Numbered from the stretch's first letter, positions 11,282 through 24,826 are shown. The stretch: 64,000 bases of DNA from Schmidtea polychroa (GCA_044892525.1 CM097885.1:215884001-215948000), one strand, 5' to 3'. Program-made: numbers and translations. Notes: a model not told the origin generated them from the sequence alone.

Positions 11282-14160
11282 TCAACCATCAAGACACCAG
11301 GACAAAATCAGACTATTAGGAAGCAGAAGATATTCAGAGACAATTCCAGATTTAAAGTCATAGCCATTAATTTAACTTTTCGACTCAGCCTTTGGAATCA
11401 CTAGTTCAAGATAGTTGGTAAGAGCGTGTTTTAGTTTTATAGATTGTATTAATGGATAATAATGTTAGAATATTTATTATATTAAATTAAAAGGTTTTAA
11501 TACGATTTTCTTCATTTGATCTCCTCTCAATAATACTGAATAGTAATGTTTAAATTTAAACATGAATGATAACTAAATATTTGTAATGTACAATTATATT
11601 TTGAATTTTTATTTTATTATAAATTTACAATGAGGAACGTGGAGTTGAGAAGATCCATACCATGGTGTGAGGAGCCTTCGGGAGCTCAGCCGATGGGTGT
11701 GGACCTTTTCAATCACGCAGCTGACGTGGGCCGTAATGTGGGGGCTTCCTCACGGGTCCGTCGCTGAAGGTCAGAAAATGCTGCAACGAACTGTCGAGAG
11801 TGAGGTGGAAGGTAATTCGAATTCTAGAAGGTGGGAATAATCGTAATTTGACAAGTGACTGAGGTGGCTACAAACTTTCTTCCTACTAGAGATCCATAAT
11901 TCTCAGACGCTACACTTTGAAACTGCTCGTTTGTCACCTTAAGAAATCTAAGTCGTTCACCAATATCGACAACTTCACCATCATCTATCCACAAATCACT
12001 TTTACGTCAAAATTTAGTCCACTTTGGTCTTAGATAATGGATTAGCTATTAAGATACTTACTCTTGCATCTTACGACAGCATAGTAAATATGAAAGAAAA
12101 ATTATTAACTGTATTTAATTAATGAGACAAAAATTTCGTAAAATTCCTTTATTTTCCTTTTTTAAATAATTTTGAATTGCCATTGGCTGGAACATGAAAG
12201 ATCATTTGCTTGAATCCACCCCCGATAAATTGTCGCCTTTGCATAGTTCGATAGAACCATCCATAAAGTGATACATTCCAACATGAGAAACGAGAGAGGT
12301 TGCATACCATACCAAAAAAATCCAATTTCCAAGGTTGATGAGAATAAACATGAGGCAGCATAATGGCTGAATAACCTAACTCCAAACATCAGAATAATCC
12401 ATGTTTTAGTGACAGAGACAGATATGAGCATACACCGTCCAAACGTGCGTAATCGGGTCATGGATAGACAGCAAATCTAGATAACGTAATAACGCTCATG
12501 ACAAATCACATATAGCAATACACACTGGAACCTACGCATGCCTCGTTTCACGTCTGTTAGTACACCTAACCGCGAAATATAACATTATCTATAATCTAAA
12601 AAAAAAATCAATAAATATATATTATAGGAACACACAAACTTACCTGTGTGTAGAAATTTAATGCCGCGAAATTTAACATATTTATTATAGGAATCTAAAA
12701 AGTGAGAGAAAATAATTAAGCATACAAGCACAGCACACATAATGAAAAATACATACAAAATTAAGTAAAGTGTTTTTCATGCGAAATTCAGATTGATTAA
12801 CATATAATTAACATATCAATATTTTAAAATTATTTAAAAAATTATGTACAAAAAAACTTTTGAATCAGATTCCGACTGCTCTACGTTGAGCTTTAGGGAA
12901 AAAGAAGTAAATACATCGTAAGATTTAATTATAAAATAATTTAGAATATAAAATTTCTTTAGATTTACAGATATTGAAGAAGATCCTTCGACATCTTTGA
13001 ATTTGCAGGAAAAACATCGCAAATCGTAAATTTTAATAAATTATTTTAACAAATTAATATTTTCATAGAATTACAGAAATAGACAAAATTCGAAAGAAGA
13101 TTACAAAAACTTAAAAAATATTTTATCCATTCTTTACTAAATGTCTTTAAAAAATAAATGTTTAGTGATTACTTTACATATTTATAATTATAAAAATATC
13201 TAACTTACATTTTTACGAAATAAATCCAAATAAATCCAAATAAATCCAAATAAAATACCATAAAATTCCTAAAAAACACCTGAAATTTAATTATCAATGT
13301 TATATATTATCAATATTATAAATGCTGACTAACAGTAATATTTAAGAACTTGAATAATGATCTCATAATTATATAAAATCAAAATTCAAGTCCTAAAAAT
13401 TACTTCAATGCAAAAACTTACCTTTAAACGATTTTTGGAAAATTAAATAAATGAAATTAAGTTAGCATTGTCATATAATTGGTGACTCACCTCAGGTGGT
13501 GTGCACACCAACTTATATTATAGACAATGTTAACTTTCGCGGTTAGGTGTATCATCCTCTATTCGACACTGCAGTAGACGAACTCGCTGGTTGATAACTG
13601 TAGTGAGAAAATTAATTCTGGTGCATGCACCTGGCGATTCCGAATTTTCTAATCAGATTGCTGATAGCTAAGCCGGCAGAGATATCAATGCAGCTGATGG
13701 TCTATAAGATAGATCCACATACATCAAGCACGAATTTTAGATTTCTCAACATGAATCCTGATGAATTTTAACTAAGATCAGTTAGATTGCGCTAGTGATT
13801 AGCCTTGTGTAATATATAATGCTGAACAGTAAAATAAAGGATTATAGTTTTCAGTAATTTCAATTTATTAAACTAATTTGTTAGTTTTGCTCATTCTCAA
13901 ATGCGACGGATATTCCTGAGGAAAATTAGAACACTACCACAATCATATAACCATAAGATTTGTTTTCAGCGACGAGTTATCACATCAAGTTAAGGGGACG
14001 TCATATATGACCAACCAGTCTTATAAGTAAATGATGTACAGATGGTTATCGTACACTGGGGAATTCCTACGGCCGCCGACCTATTTGGTAGCTAAACTCA
14101 TGAATGTAAAGTAAGAGAATTGTGGTGACTGATAAATGGTTATGCCGAACGTACGGCTGA

Positions 14161-14961
14161 ATGGATTTAGTCGAATTATGTTTACCTTTATTTTTCTTTA
14201 CAGTCACCAATATGTTACCACGCACGAAATCGCCCCTCAAACCCTGCTTCTCCTGTGCAGACAAAAACGTCGTAATCAAAGATTTACAGACCCAGATCGG
14301 TCGATACAAAAAGAGAATCGACGATCTGGAAGGTACATGGTTTAGCCCAGTACAAATGAAAGAGGTACAGAAGAAGCTGTACCGTAGTGAGCATTGCCGT
14401 GATGTCCTGATCAATGAAAGCAGATCCCAACGCAGTTTGATAAAAGAGCAGTCAGAGGCTCTTCATAAAGTTTATTTACAGGCGGCTACCACCCGGAAGA
14501 TCGTGAGTATCCCTATTAGTGAAGCGGACAATATCTTTCCCGTCCACCATGTCCCTTCGTTCAGTTCACCGCCTTCATCCAAGAAGACTTGTCGTGAGTG
14601 CGTGGAAGCCGACCTCTCTCTCAGGCCATCTAATATGCCTATTACCGGAACTAGTAAGGTGTTACCATCGTCTACGACCACCTCTGTAGCGTCATCGAAT
14701 ACTATGATCATCTCGAAACCCAAGCGTCGCCAACTGTCGAGGGAGGAACGCAAAAAGAAGCAACGTGAACGGGCAGTTGCTAAACAAAATAAACCAGCTT
14801 CGGACAACACAACTACTCTCGACGATCCCCCGGTAACGATCGATCTGACAGTAGGGATCCCAGGGCGAATCATCTCTGCCGCTGGTGTGACTTGGGAGGA
14901 AAATGCCTCCGAGTTCTTCGATTTAGACGAATTGCTGGCTGACACGGAATGGGAGAAATGA
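14161..14961 (+). CDS. LEGTWFSP coiled-coil protein, subtype B (CxxC N-terminus, Ser/Thr/Pro-rich and basic region, acidic tail)
   Basis: 266-aa ORF. The likely true start is the ATG at 14212 just after a ttacag acceptor. Motifs KPCFSCADKN, LEGTWFSPVQMK, KPKRRQLSREERKKKQR and FFDLDELLADTEWEK. Confidence 0.75.
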   Translation: MDLVELCLPLFFFTVTNMLPRTKSPLKPCFSCADKNVVIKDLQTQIGRYKKRIDDLEGTWFSPVQMKEVQKKLYRSEHCRDVLINESRSQRSLIKEQSEALHKVYLQAATTRKIVSIPISEADNIFPVHHVPSFSSPPSSKKTCRECVEADLSLRPSNMPITGTSKVLPSSTTTSVASSNTMIISKPKRRQLSREERKKKQRERAVAKQNKPASDNTTTLDDPPVTIDLTVGIPGRIISAAGVTWEENASEFFDLDELLADTEWEK

Positions 14962-15269
14962 AAGTCTCGCCGTGGAATAATCTTGCTGTGTGTGAATTGT
15001 CGAACTGAACCCCCTCTACCTTATCTCTTCCTTTGTCTGTTATCTACCAAATGGCGCGTGTTGTATATAATTTATCTGTATATTGTATTATGGTGAGAGA
15101 ATAAATCCAATGTTTGATTGTCAATTTTGTTTTTGAATCAATTATTTCTTTCGGTAAGAAGCTCGGTGTAGATTTTATGAATAGAGTAAACGTTTTTGGA
15201 AGTCCAACAAGTAATAGTCGATTAGCATCCAATTCAAAGAAATGCGGGGTTTGATGATGCGGTCAGGCG

Positions 15270-15530
15270 TAAGTCCTTCCATCGGCAGTCAGGGAAAGGA
15301 AGTCGAGGCCTCAGTAAGGAGTAGTCCTAAGGCAGGGGCTCACCTACTTACTGGCGTCTCGCCGACACAGTACAGTTCCAACGTGAAGAAATTCGCGGGT
15401 GCTGTGTTGAAGTATAGGTTGTGCGGGGTTCTGCTCAGGGTTGAGGTCATATCTAACGTAAATGAAATGGACACCCATCTCCTAGGCGAAAGTGCGAAAT
15501 AGTTGGAATCAACCGAGCACTACCCCAGCA
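15270..15530 (+). ncRNA. Third, highly diverged copy of the structured 3' module
   Basis: CCTTCCATCGGCAGTC loop motif; CAGTAAG/CTTACTG enclosing GCTCAC; ACACAGTAC/GTGCTGTGT enclosing AGTTCCAAC plus a GAAA hairpin; GGGGT..TGCTC/GAGCA..ACCCC at the terminus. Confidence 0.6.
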
Positions 15531-18500
15531 AGATTATTTAAATATATTTATTTATTTTAAAACAAAATTATTGATTTGGGAATTCCCCTATCTCTAAATT
15601 TTGCTTCAACGGCTCTAGACTCCAATAAAATTACAGAAAAACACTAAAATCTATTTTTAGTAAAAATACACCCTTACTTCAACGAGGGAATGTCGATATA
15701 AAATTATAGAACAAAACGAACTCCTATAGTACCGACCAATCACCATCGTCGGCATGATTACGCTGGATAAGTTGTATACCCCCCCCCCCTTTCAATATCA
15801 AAAGGAAACAGAACAATAGTCACTAATTTAAGCCCCTCCCTTTTCTGGATCTGCTTCTCTCACGATGATATCACCTTCCTTTTTCTACAAACCTTATTAG
15901 TCATATTATTAAACCTGAGTAAAATGAGTGATTGGGCTGTAGGAATAAAAAAAACCCTTGAATGGACATAATCTTGCATGATCGACGGTAAATCAAACAC
16001 AGGATAAACAGCACATAAATAAACTTTTAAAAACCATAAATTGGAAAAATTCAAAGTCAAATACAAATCTTTATTGGCACCGCAGGAGTTGACTACTTTT
16101 TGCTCAGCTCGTTGAGTTTGGGGTGGAAAGATCATCAGATTTGATCATTACTGCAAGGACAGGCTGCCTGGAATCACCTACTACGCTTATACTCACCTGC
16201 AAAACGAAAATAATCAATATGAAACATATGAAACATACTTTCACATATAAGATTAACGACGTCAATGAGAGGGTGACCTCCTTCTTCTTTTGGGGGTGGT
16301 TTGTAGAACAAACCAGACACTTAATATCAGAATTTGCGATCACCATTTATTAACAATCGTGCCAATTTTTTTTGCTAGAACCATTAAACTGCCGCTAATC
16401 ATAGTAGCATGAATCCGAAAGATCATAATAATTCCCCTTCTGTTTAGTGGAACCCTGTAAAATTTTGGTTCATAGTCTGCATCTAAAACTGAATTAATGA
16501 AATTTTTCTATTTATTTTATTTATATAATATAAATGATTTAATAATATATTACACCAAACACCACTGAGAACCATTTCCTATAGTATAACAAAAAAAATC
16601 AATAATCTTACATTATAGAAACATACATACTTACTTTGATTTCACGTTGATGTTCTCATTTATAGCTCAATGAGATACATCTTATATTATAGAAATCTGA
16701 AAAGTGTAAGAAAGATTAAAAACTGAACACAAACGCTACACATATTAAAAAACACATACAAACCTTTGATTCGTAGAAATGTAACGATGAGATACGTTTC
16801 TATAATAATTCTATTTTAGACAATTTTTAGAAAAAAAGATCGTTGAAAATTTTTAAAATTATATTTTAATGATGTAATACACTAGAATTAATACCGGCAA
16901 CGCGTGTAGTTATGGTTATTTTCGTCATGGCAATTCTGACTTCAGATTTTGGATCTGTACATCTGGCAATTATTTTCGGATTTATCTGTCGGAGCGATAA
17001 ATCTTCCTCATTTACAGTTACACTACCTAATCCATATTAGAGAGTATTGGCCTTCTAACTGCTGGATTTTCTTACTGGAATTGTTTACCGGTTTCTAGTC
17101 GTGATAAAATCATCAAATGCCAAGGTACGACATCGATTAATATCAGAAGTGGTGTGTGTGAGGTATCGTTGATATTCGTGTAATGACGGCTTATCGTATC
17201 CTAGACAGTAAATATTTATGATTTGTTTACTAGGAAATCAGATTTTTTGACAGACAAGACAATATCTACGGAGACTGTCTGGATTGATCGGTCGAATTTT
17301 CCATCGATTAAACGAAAATTATCTGATGTGGGAAATTCCCGTGGACTTTGCCTTATCAAGATAAATCGATTTGCTGGAACAAAGTAAGTCGACGCTACTT
17401 TTATACGTGACGAATTTAAAGGTGCTCCTCTTTTGCAGGACTATTGAAGTGAAAGGTGGTCTGCTGATGACGCTGTGAATATACAACTACGGGTTTCCTG
17501 ACGATGGCGAGTAGAGAAGGCGAAGCTTCGCTCCTGGCGATTAACGATAATTGAACTTGATGGAATTATGATTATCATCATGGAATTTCACCTAAATCTC
17601 TCATCCGATCACGACTAAATGAGGACCTCTGGGTTCTCACCTCCCTCTTACTATTCCGACTCGGAGTTTATCCGCTCCCCACGACACACCCGAGGATCAT
17701 AGGTATTGCTACCCACCATCCTCGCATCATCATAAGGGACAGATCAACTCAAATGAATATGACAAAAATTGGAAATATCAAAAAAAAAATTTCATACCAC
17801 AAATGATCGATCAACACAATTAAATATAAATAAATTACCTGGCAACCATGCCATTTGGATTTTCAATCATGATACCCTTGGCCAACTTCCCATCCATCCA
17901 TCAAACCAAACATAATTATTTCATATTCAAGTCCGGCGAGAGTTCTAACTCCTGTTACGTTCGATAACCGCCAACACCACCCAATCATCGTTTTCATACT
18001 CTCGGTTGCTAAACATTCTCCGCAACATTGTGATTGTCATTCATTCCATGTTTCTATTCTTCATTGGATCTTTCCCATGTCTTCCAAATAATGTTGGCAT
18101 TCCTCGGTATCACGATTGAACTCCCAGAAATAAGTCCTTGGTATATAAAATATAAAAATTTATTAAATTAAATATTCAAATTTCTACTATATATCTTCGT
18201 TATATCAAATAAATCTACCATGACAAATAATTACAAATCATACCCAAAGTCTCGAAATCGATTTAGTAGAGCTGAATTGGCTATGAGTTATTTCGTAATA
18301 TTCCCGTAATCGTTTGGATTTCCAAAAACAAATCTTTTCTTCGTAATTGATTCTGATGAACAGGTAGTTATTTCTTTTAGTTATTTCTTTCTAGTCGAGT
18401 GAGTTTACAGTGTCGTGATATCAGTTGTTGGGCTAGAACTGATTTCTAGACCCAAACTTCTAATTGTGACTGAAATGTGTAGGTACACAACACGCAAAAA

Positions 18501-21500
18501 GCAAAAAGTATAGTTAAATATTAAAAAAAAATATAAATAAACAATAATAATTAAAAGAGAAACAACAAAAAATGTAAACACAGAAATTAAATAAAATTAT
18601 ACAAAAGCAAGAAGTTATGCAAAATCTAACTCAAAAATAACCAAATAAACATAGAGTTACAAAAAACAAACTCGAATAACTTAAAAGACGGTAAAAACAG
18701 TAAGAAATTCCAGAAAAACCCAGAACATTCCATAAAAATGGCGATGACCATCATAAAAGCTACCTTGAACAATGAAAGTTAGAAAAATAAATAAATTAGT
18801 ATTAAAAATAAAAAAATCTTAAAAAGAAATTCATAAAACATCAGTTAAAATAAAAATTAAATTAAAAGTAATATGGAATGTTCTGGAACCGTTCCAAATC
18901 CATCATGGACGTGAAATTAACGAAAAATAATTAAAAAATAAAAATTTAAAAATAAAAATTATGACGCAAAAATCGCCATTAAAAATATCAAAATTACAAA
19001 ATAGAAAATTCTGGAATAAAAAGAATTCGAGTTTGTTTTAATGCATCAATACATACACGTGTACAAAATAGGTATATATACCGACGCATTTTAGTCACAA
19101 TTTAATCTTTTTGTATGCCAAAAATTTTCATCGAAAATTCAAGTGAAACCAAAAGTAAGGACCGTTGATTATATTATTTTAATTGACATTGTGTTATTAT
19201 GTCCATTATATTAATTAATTTTTGTCTTTTTGTCACATTTTATTTTGCTATTATGTAACAAAAGTGACCAGCGTCGTCGTGAACGGGTTGTATCCACGAC
19301 GCTGATCAGCCTTGTTTCTAACTAACTGCATAAATTCGGGTCTACGACCCTACATGCATAAAAATTTCAATTTTTTTTTAACCGGAGGTCGCCACGAACA
19401 AATGGTTTCTAACCAGGAGTAGGGCGGGTAAATCCATCCCGGTAGTTGGCATAGTCATAGGGACTATGCGGACGAAATAAAATTTGGGATAGTAATCGCG
19501 GGAAACATAGTACAATAAGGCCTATCGTACCGTATTCAGTTGAGTCGGGAAAGTAGGAAAATTTTAATTAATTGACTTTTCGGTAAATGACATATCCAAA
19601 ATAAACACTCAACTATTCTATAGGAAATATATCACTAGGAATACCTAAACGGGAAATATCCCAGACTTAAATTATCACAAAAGTTCTCAAGTTGTCGGTT
19701 AATTGCACCAAATTATTCAAATGTTTAATACTTTGGATATCGAATATTATTAATATACTCTAATTGGTATTACCTGTAATTATATTTAATCAGAAATTTA
19801 ATAATCAAGAACCCGAATCTAGTGTAATTACCCAGTTTATGATACCTTAATTTTGACGAAATTGATTCCCTTAAAAGTACTTTGAATGAGTACTCTACAA
19901 TGTAGCTTCATAAAAATATTGATATCATGAAAGCCCTTTTATCTCTGGTAAACAAAATTCTTCAATTTTTCTAAAATGAAAATCTCTATCATATTGTATA
20001 GTACCTTATCGATCATGTCGTAGAAGAATCTGAAACTGTTATGCTTTTAAATCATCTCTTAATGAATATGAAAAGATTGAGTCCAAACCCACCCACGATT
20101 TTACATATTAATGTCTAGACTATTGGGTCAATGAATACAAATTTTTTAGGCTAGATTGTCGAAAATATATTTTATAAAGTTATTGGTGCCTATATTATTT
20201 GATAATGATTTTAAATCTATACGAACCAAACTTGTGCTTCATATAATTATAAATTAACATTGATATTATGTAGTTAGCATATTTCGAATCGATATTATTT
20301 AAAAATGTATTTCAGGAATTTATGTCTATACCAATTGTTAACCTTGTATTAGATAAAAGATTTTCTACATATACCTACTAATATCAACATCATCTGATTA
20401 TTTTAGAAATGTATATATTAGTTGATTAAAAAGAATCTGCCCCATCCAAAGGACGTTCTATAAATGTATACCCGGGTGGCCATATTGTTTAGTTAATAGA
20501 GATTAATTATTAAACCATACCATCTAGAATTAGGTTATAGGAATTTATATATTAACATCTATATTAATTTGACTAATTATAAAATGACTTCTTGAATTAT
20601 TTCATGAAAATTTTATGTTTACTTGCATATATCTATATTAAAGTCAAGCTTATATAAAAACTTCGAAATTTTTATGCCATAACATGCCGTACCTTCTCAA
20701 ATTAATATTTGACTATCCTGTAAATATATTCAACTTATATTATTTCTATGAAATAAATTTAGAGAATTTTTCTCAATTGACCCCCTTCAAACCATGTGGT
20801 CATTACTAGTTACTCACAGATTCTAGTTTAGCTTGTTTTTTTAAATATATTGTATTTCATGTTAAAGAGAAATTTTTTTTTATAATTTTCACCAATGACC
20901 CCCCCTTCTCCCGGTTCATACCGTCGTTAATGACTGCCTAGTCATGCTAATTTGGGTTATATTCAGAAAAATCACTCATAATTCATTTCATAATAATTTC
21001 ACCATTTTTATGATTGACCCCAGGCTCTAATCTTTATAATTATAAATCTACATTAACATTTAATCCTCATTTAATACTATTTAGATTTTATTCATGAATA
21101 ATTAACACAATTAAATTTATTTAATAAAGAAAATTGGATCACAGGATATTACAGAGAACTCAATTAATTTCTTCCTATTTTTATCCCTTAATGACATCAT
21201 CGATCTAACATCCCCTTCTACCCTACTTATTAACTATATAACTTACTCCAACCAATTTATCGATTTCTTAAAACGTTACTATTAATAGAAAATTTCAAAA
21301 CCGATATTATCGATTTCCTTTTCCTCATAGTAAAATTTGACCAATAACACCGCTTCTATTAACAACCCTGCAAATCCCGGGTTACCCTCATCGAACCGAC
21401 TCTAGTTGACCGAATGGACGACACATACTCTCTCGCAAACGAGCCAATCGCTATCGACCATGTCAGTAGGAACTCCAACCCTCCTAGAAAACTTATCTCA

Positions 21501-22683
21501 CTCGTGCGCATTCAACCCCTGTCCCAGAAGTAGATCCAAAGTATGTCGGAAAAGGCAAAGGACCTTTCCCCAGGTTTGACGGCCCAACCTAAGATAGGTA
21601 CCCACATGATCATGGACGAGGGATAATAAGCAACAAAATGTATTATACTTCAAAGCGTTAGTTACTTAAATTCAAATGAAATGAGGGTAGAATCACTTAA
21701 TAATTATTACTAGTTAATTAAATTCAACAGAAACTAAACCATTATATTCAACCAAAATTATAAACCTGATTGGAAAAATTCAGTCCAGCCACTGTACAAG
21801 TCTTACCGAGGAGAGCAGAGCCTCTCTAAAAACTCCCCTCGGGTTCAAATTATTAACCTAAATTTCCCCTGCATGTACAAACATAGATCCAAAATATTGA
21901 GATAATTGCAAATTTCCAACTGGATACCGGACAAATTAAGTAGTAAGTTCTGGATTCCCATCAGACAGCCGAAGTTTTTGAAAAATTGTCCAAACAAATT
22001 TTGTGATTAGTTAAAATTCACGAGGAATATATTTCTGAAATTAAACGAATTTAGAAATCTGAAGATTAATTACCCATCCCATTGAAATGACGATGAAGCT
22101 GCTTACAACCCCCACGGATGAGAATTGCTAGGGGCCGAATATACTATTGGCACGTAGTAATATCCCTCCCGTGGTGGATCCTAGCAGCATAGTTTTCCTT
22201 TTGTAATGATTTTTTTTTAAATAAATTATTTTTAAATAATGGTTAAACATTACATCAACAATTTAATATTTTTGACTCAGTTAAACAACAGTAAATTGAG
22301 AATAAAAAATTAAAGATAGAAATTTTGTAGTTCATTTACTAATTTTAATTTATCAACTCTTAACGTATCAAATCTAAACTTAGTAGTACTTAAATTACAT
22401 ATATATGAATTTAGCTAAGTTAACAATTATATATGGTCAAATTCTTAAACTGCTAATTATCGAATAAATCCCCTTGAGTTCATTCGAAGAGTCAAATCGG
22501 GTAACTGATTCGCAACTTAAACCCATCTTAATCACAAAGGGCATTGTCTGTTGACTTGATGTGTGTTACATTTGAGGTTGGAATATAATATTACGTATGA
22601 ACGTCCCTGGTTAATACGAACCCAAATGGGTGAACGAAGGTCAGTTATGAAATATTTTAATATTTCTCTTCATCATTACAATC

Positions 22684-22947
22684 ATGTCCAACACCGAACC
22701 AAGGAGCGTACAGGAAGATCACTCGGCAACCGACTCAAGCCTCGGAATTACCTGCAAGGAGGCAGACGAAGCCGTTCGATTGAGGTAGGACGCAGAACTC
22801 GCCCGGCTAAGGTCTAGATGGATCTGGTATAAGATCCATGGTTGGACCTACCAGAACGTAGTACCGGTGATCCCGAAGGTGGAACTGTACATCAATTATA
22901 CCTCATTGGCTTTGAGCGACGCATTCGACGATGCGTGTATTGATTGA
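22684..22947 (+). pseudogene. Homologue of the 8040 ORF (WYKIHGW motif), one in-frame stop
   Basis: MSNTEP...RLR*DAELARLRSRWIWYKIHGWTYQNVVPVIPKV aligns with LITRLRTRYIWYRIHDW...PVI. Confidence 0.7.
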
Positions 22948-23166
22948 TTTTTGATAATGTTCTGTAGCGTTGACTATTATTACTATTGACTATAATTTTC
23001 CTTAACGTTGACAGTCCCATAAGGTTTGGTATGATTCATAGAACTCGGTTTAGGTGCGCGTAGAGGAGGGCTGCGACGAGGAGATCACATTCATTTAGTA
23101 TTGATGCTCATAATAATGCTCGACACTCGATGCTGACGTGAAAATTACTAATGTTGTCTTGTTTTA

Positions 23167-23649
23167 GTGCTAAAACTCCTGGAAGAGATGCGAGCAGATA
23201 GAGAGCGGGCGCAGCAACAGGCAGAGGAATACCGGGCCAAACTAGCACGAGTCAAGGCCCATTGCCGGAATTTCGAATGTACCTGGTTCCCGCCAGCAGA
23301 AATGAAAAAACGGATGAAGCTGATCACTCAACTGCAACTCCAGAGTGCACAGGATCAGGTTGAGTTACGGGCCCTCCGCCTGAAAGTGAAGGAGCTAGAG
23401 ATCAAGGTACACCAACAGGACCTTGATCGAGAGGTCATTTCCAAGATCCGACCCATGAGTGAGCTACTCCACATACCGAAGGAGTGCACCCCACCAATAA
23501 TTCCGAGGAAGAAGATCCGGCCGGGTAAAGCGGCGCGGGCGAGAATAAGACAAGCCAGCCAGGCCCAATTAACGCTTCATTCTGCTGGGTCAGAGTCTAC
23601 TCCGAAAGAATCGACTAGGACACTATATATTCTGATCATGTTTTCCTAA
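23167..23649 (+). CDS. LEGTWFSP-family coiled-coil protein, subtype A, open frame
   Basis: 160-aa ORF with FECTWFPPAEMKKR, QLQLQSAQDQVELRALRLKVKELE and a basic tail PRKKIRPGK. AATAAA overlaps the stop codon. Confidence 0.75.
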   Translation: MLKLLEEMRADRERAQQQAEEYRAKLARVKAHCRNFECTWFPPAEMKKRMKLITQLQLQSAQDQVELRALRLKVKELEIKVHQQDLDREVISKIRPMSELLHIPKECTPPIIPRKKIRPGKAARARIRQASQAQLTLHSAGSESTPKESTRTLYILIMFS

Positions 23650-23731
23650 TAAATTTTTACTGGTACGTCCATATCTGGGCATTTTGATTTTTCCCATAAC
23701 GTTAACTGTCGCAACGGGGACGAAAAGAAAC

Positions 23732-23949
23732 CGGACATAGGCCTTCTATCGGCAGTCCGTGAACCCCAGTGGGTGCTAGACAATTATAGTATGTTAAAAA
23801 TGCTCACTTTTTGCTAGTACCCAAACCCTTGATACAGTACCAACGTTGATTGCTCAACGGGTATCAAGTGGTCAGCTATAAATTGTATTCTGGGTTACGC
23901 TGGAAACAGCATGAGGAGGTAGAGATTTCGCGGTACCTGTAACCCACCA
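23732..23949 (+). ncRNA. Structured 3' module of element A2
   Basis: GGGTGCTAG/CTAGTACCC, CTTGATAC/GTATCAAG, GGGTTAC/GTAACCC and GCTG-GAAA-CAGC; paired positions co-vary relative to copy A1. Confidence 0.7.
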
Positions 23950-24826
23950 CAGTATTGAGTCTGTGGATATTCCTGTGGTGATCTGTAGTGATTTTTGCAG
24001 AGTGGTCAAATGATTATGAACTAAAAAATTTTTACCTGTAGTGATTTTTGCAGAATGGTAATTAAATGAATTGTGAGTTTGCTTATATATTAATTTTGGT
24101 CCAATCAGGACGGAGTTGTGGTGATTTTTAATTAATTATTGTTTTAATAAATTTTATTTATCATTGCTTTATTATTATTGTTATTTTATTGTTTTATTAC
24201 AGATTTATATTTTCTATATTTTTTTTCGTAGATTTTCATTGTCTCTTATAGGTGTAGTAGTTTGTTTTAATTCTTCGTACAAGTTTTGTTAAAAATTTAT
24301 TTATTTTAAGTTTGGATTTGGTTTTTTCGTTTCATTTTCCTAAATTTGATTTTATTACATTATTTTCCCCTTTTGTTAGTTACACGTAGTTAATACCCTA
24401 TTTCCTATAACTATTTTTATTTCCAATGATTTTTAAATTTCAATTGTTTTGTTTTTCTTTTATTGTTTATTTCGGTTTCCCCTGATGAATTTTTCTTTAA
24501 TTTATAGTTATTTTGATTTAATTCGGCTAGGGTTTCCTTTACTTGTCTATTTTACTTTTACTTGGGTTTTTTTCTCATACCCGATTCAGCTCCATCTTGT
24601 ATTGCAACTTCGAGGTTTAGCCCAACGGCATTATGGTCATTATCCATCTTATTAGTACGCGAATTATAGTCAGTAGGGTCACTATCATCATCACTGATCT
24701 TGGTTAACTCCTCCTGTAATCACCTTCCTATATAAATTTTTCTTCTCGCAAGGAAATTGTTATTTCTGACTATTTGAAATGGGCTATTACTTTTCTTTCA
24801 GCCTCATTTTTATATTTATAGCAAAC

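Larger units (their letters stand above)
10995..15530 (+). mobile_element. 5'-truncated giant LTR-like element, subfamily B
   Basis: Ends CTACCCCAGCA (reverse complement TGCTGGGGTAG matches the family terminus), carries the LEGTWFSP ORF and the structured 3' module. Its 11.0-11.4 kb part is homologous to the minus-strand element at 23950-24627. Confidence 0.6.
18426..23949 (+). mobile_element. Giant solo-LTR-like element, copy A2 (5524 bp), with perfect 4-bp TSD
   Basis: TGTTGGGCTAG...GTAACCCACCA flanked by CAGT at 18422-18425 and 23950-23953. Homologous to A1; no RT or integrase. Confidence 0.85.
17720..24627 (-). mobile_element. Minus-strand subfamily-B LTR-like element (5' end at ~24627), split by insertion of copy A2
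   Basis: Minus strand starts CGTTGGGCTAAACC. Removing 18426-23949 and one CAGT rejoins CTCAATACTGATATCACGACAC, which resembles CTCAACCATCAAGACAC at 11281. Confidence 0.6.

Noticed and set aside
12380-12410. DVWS as protein-kinase subdomain IX
   Set aside because: No other kinase motifs (HRD, DFG, APE) are nearby and a stop follows immediately.
14472-14945. 157-aa minus-strand ORF (also 8915-9244 and 24917-25141)
   Set aside because: Antisense shadows of the LEGTWFSP genes; homology across copies is in the plus frame.
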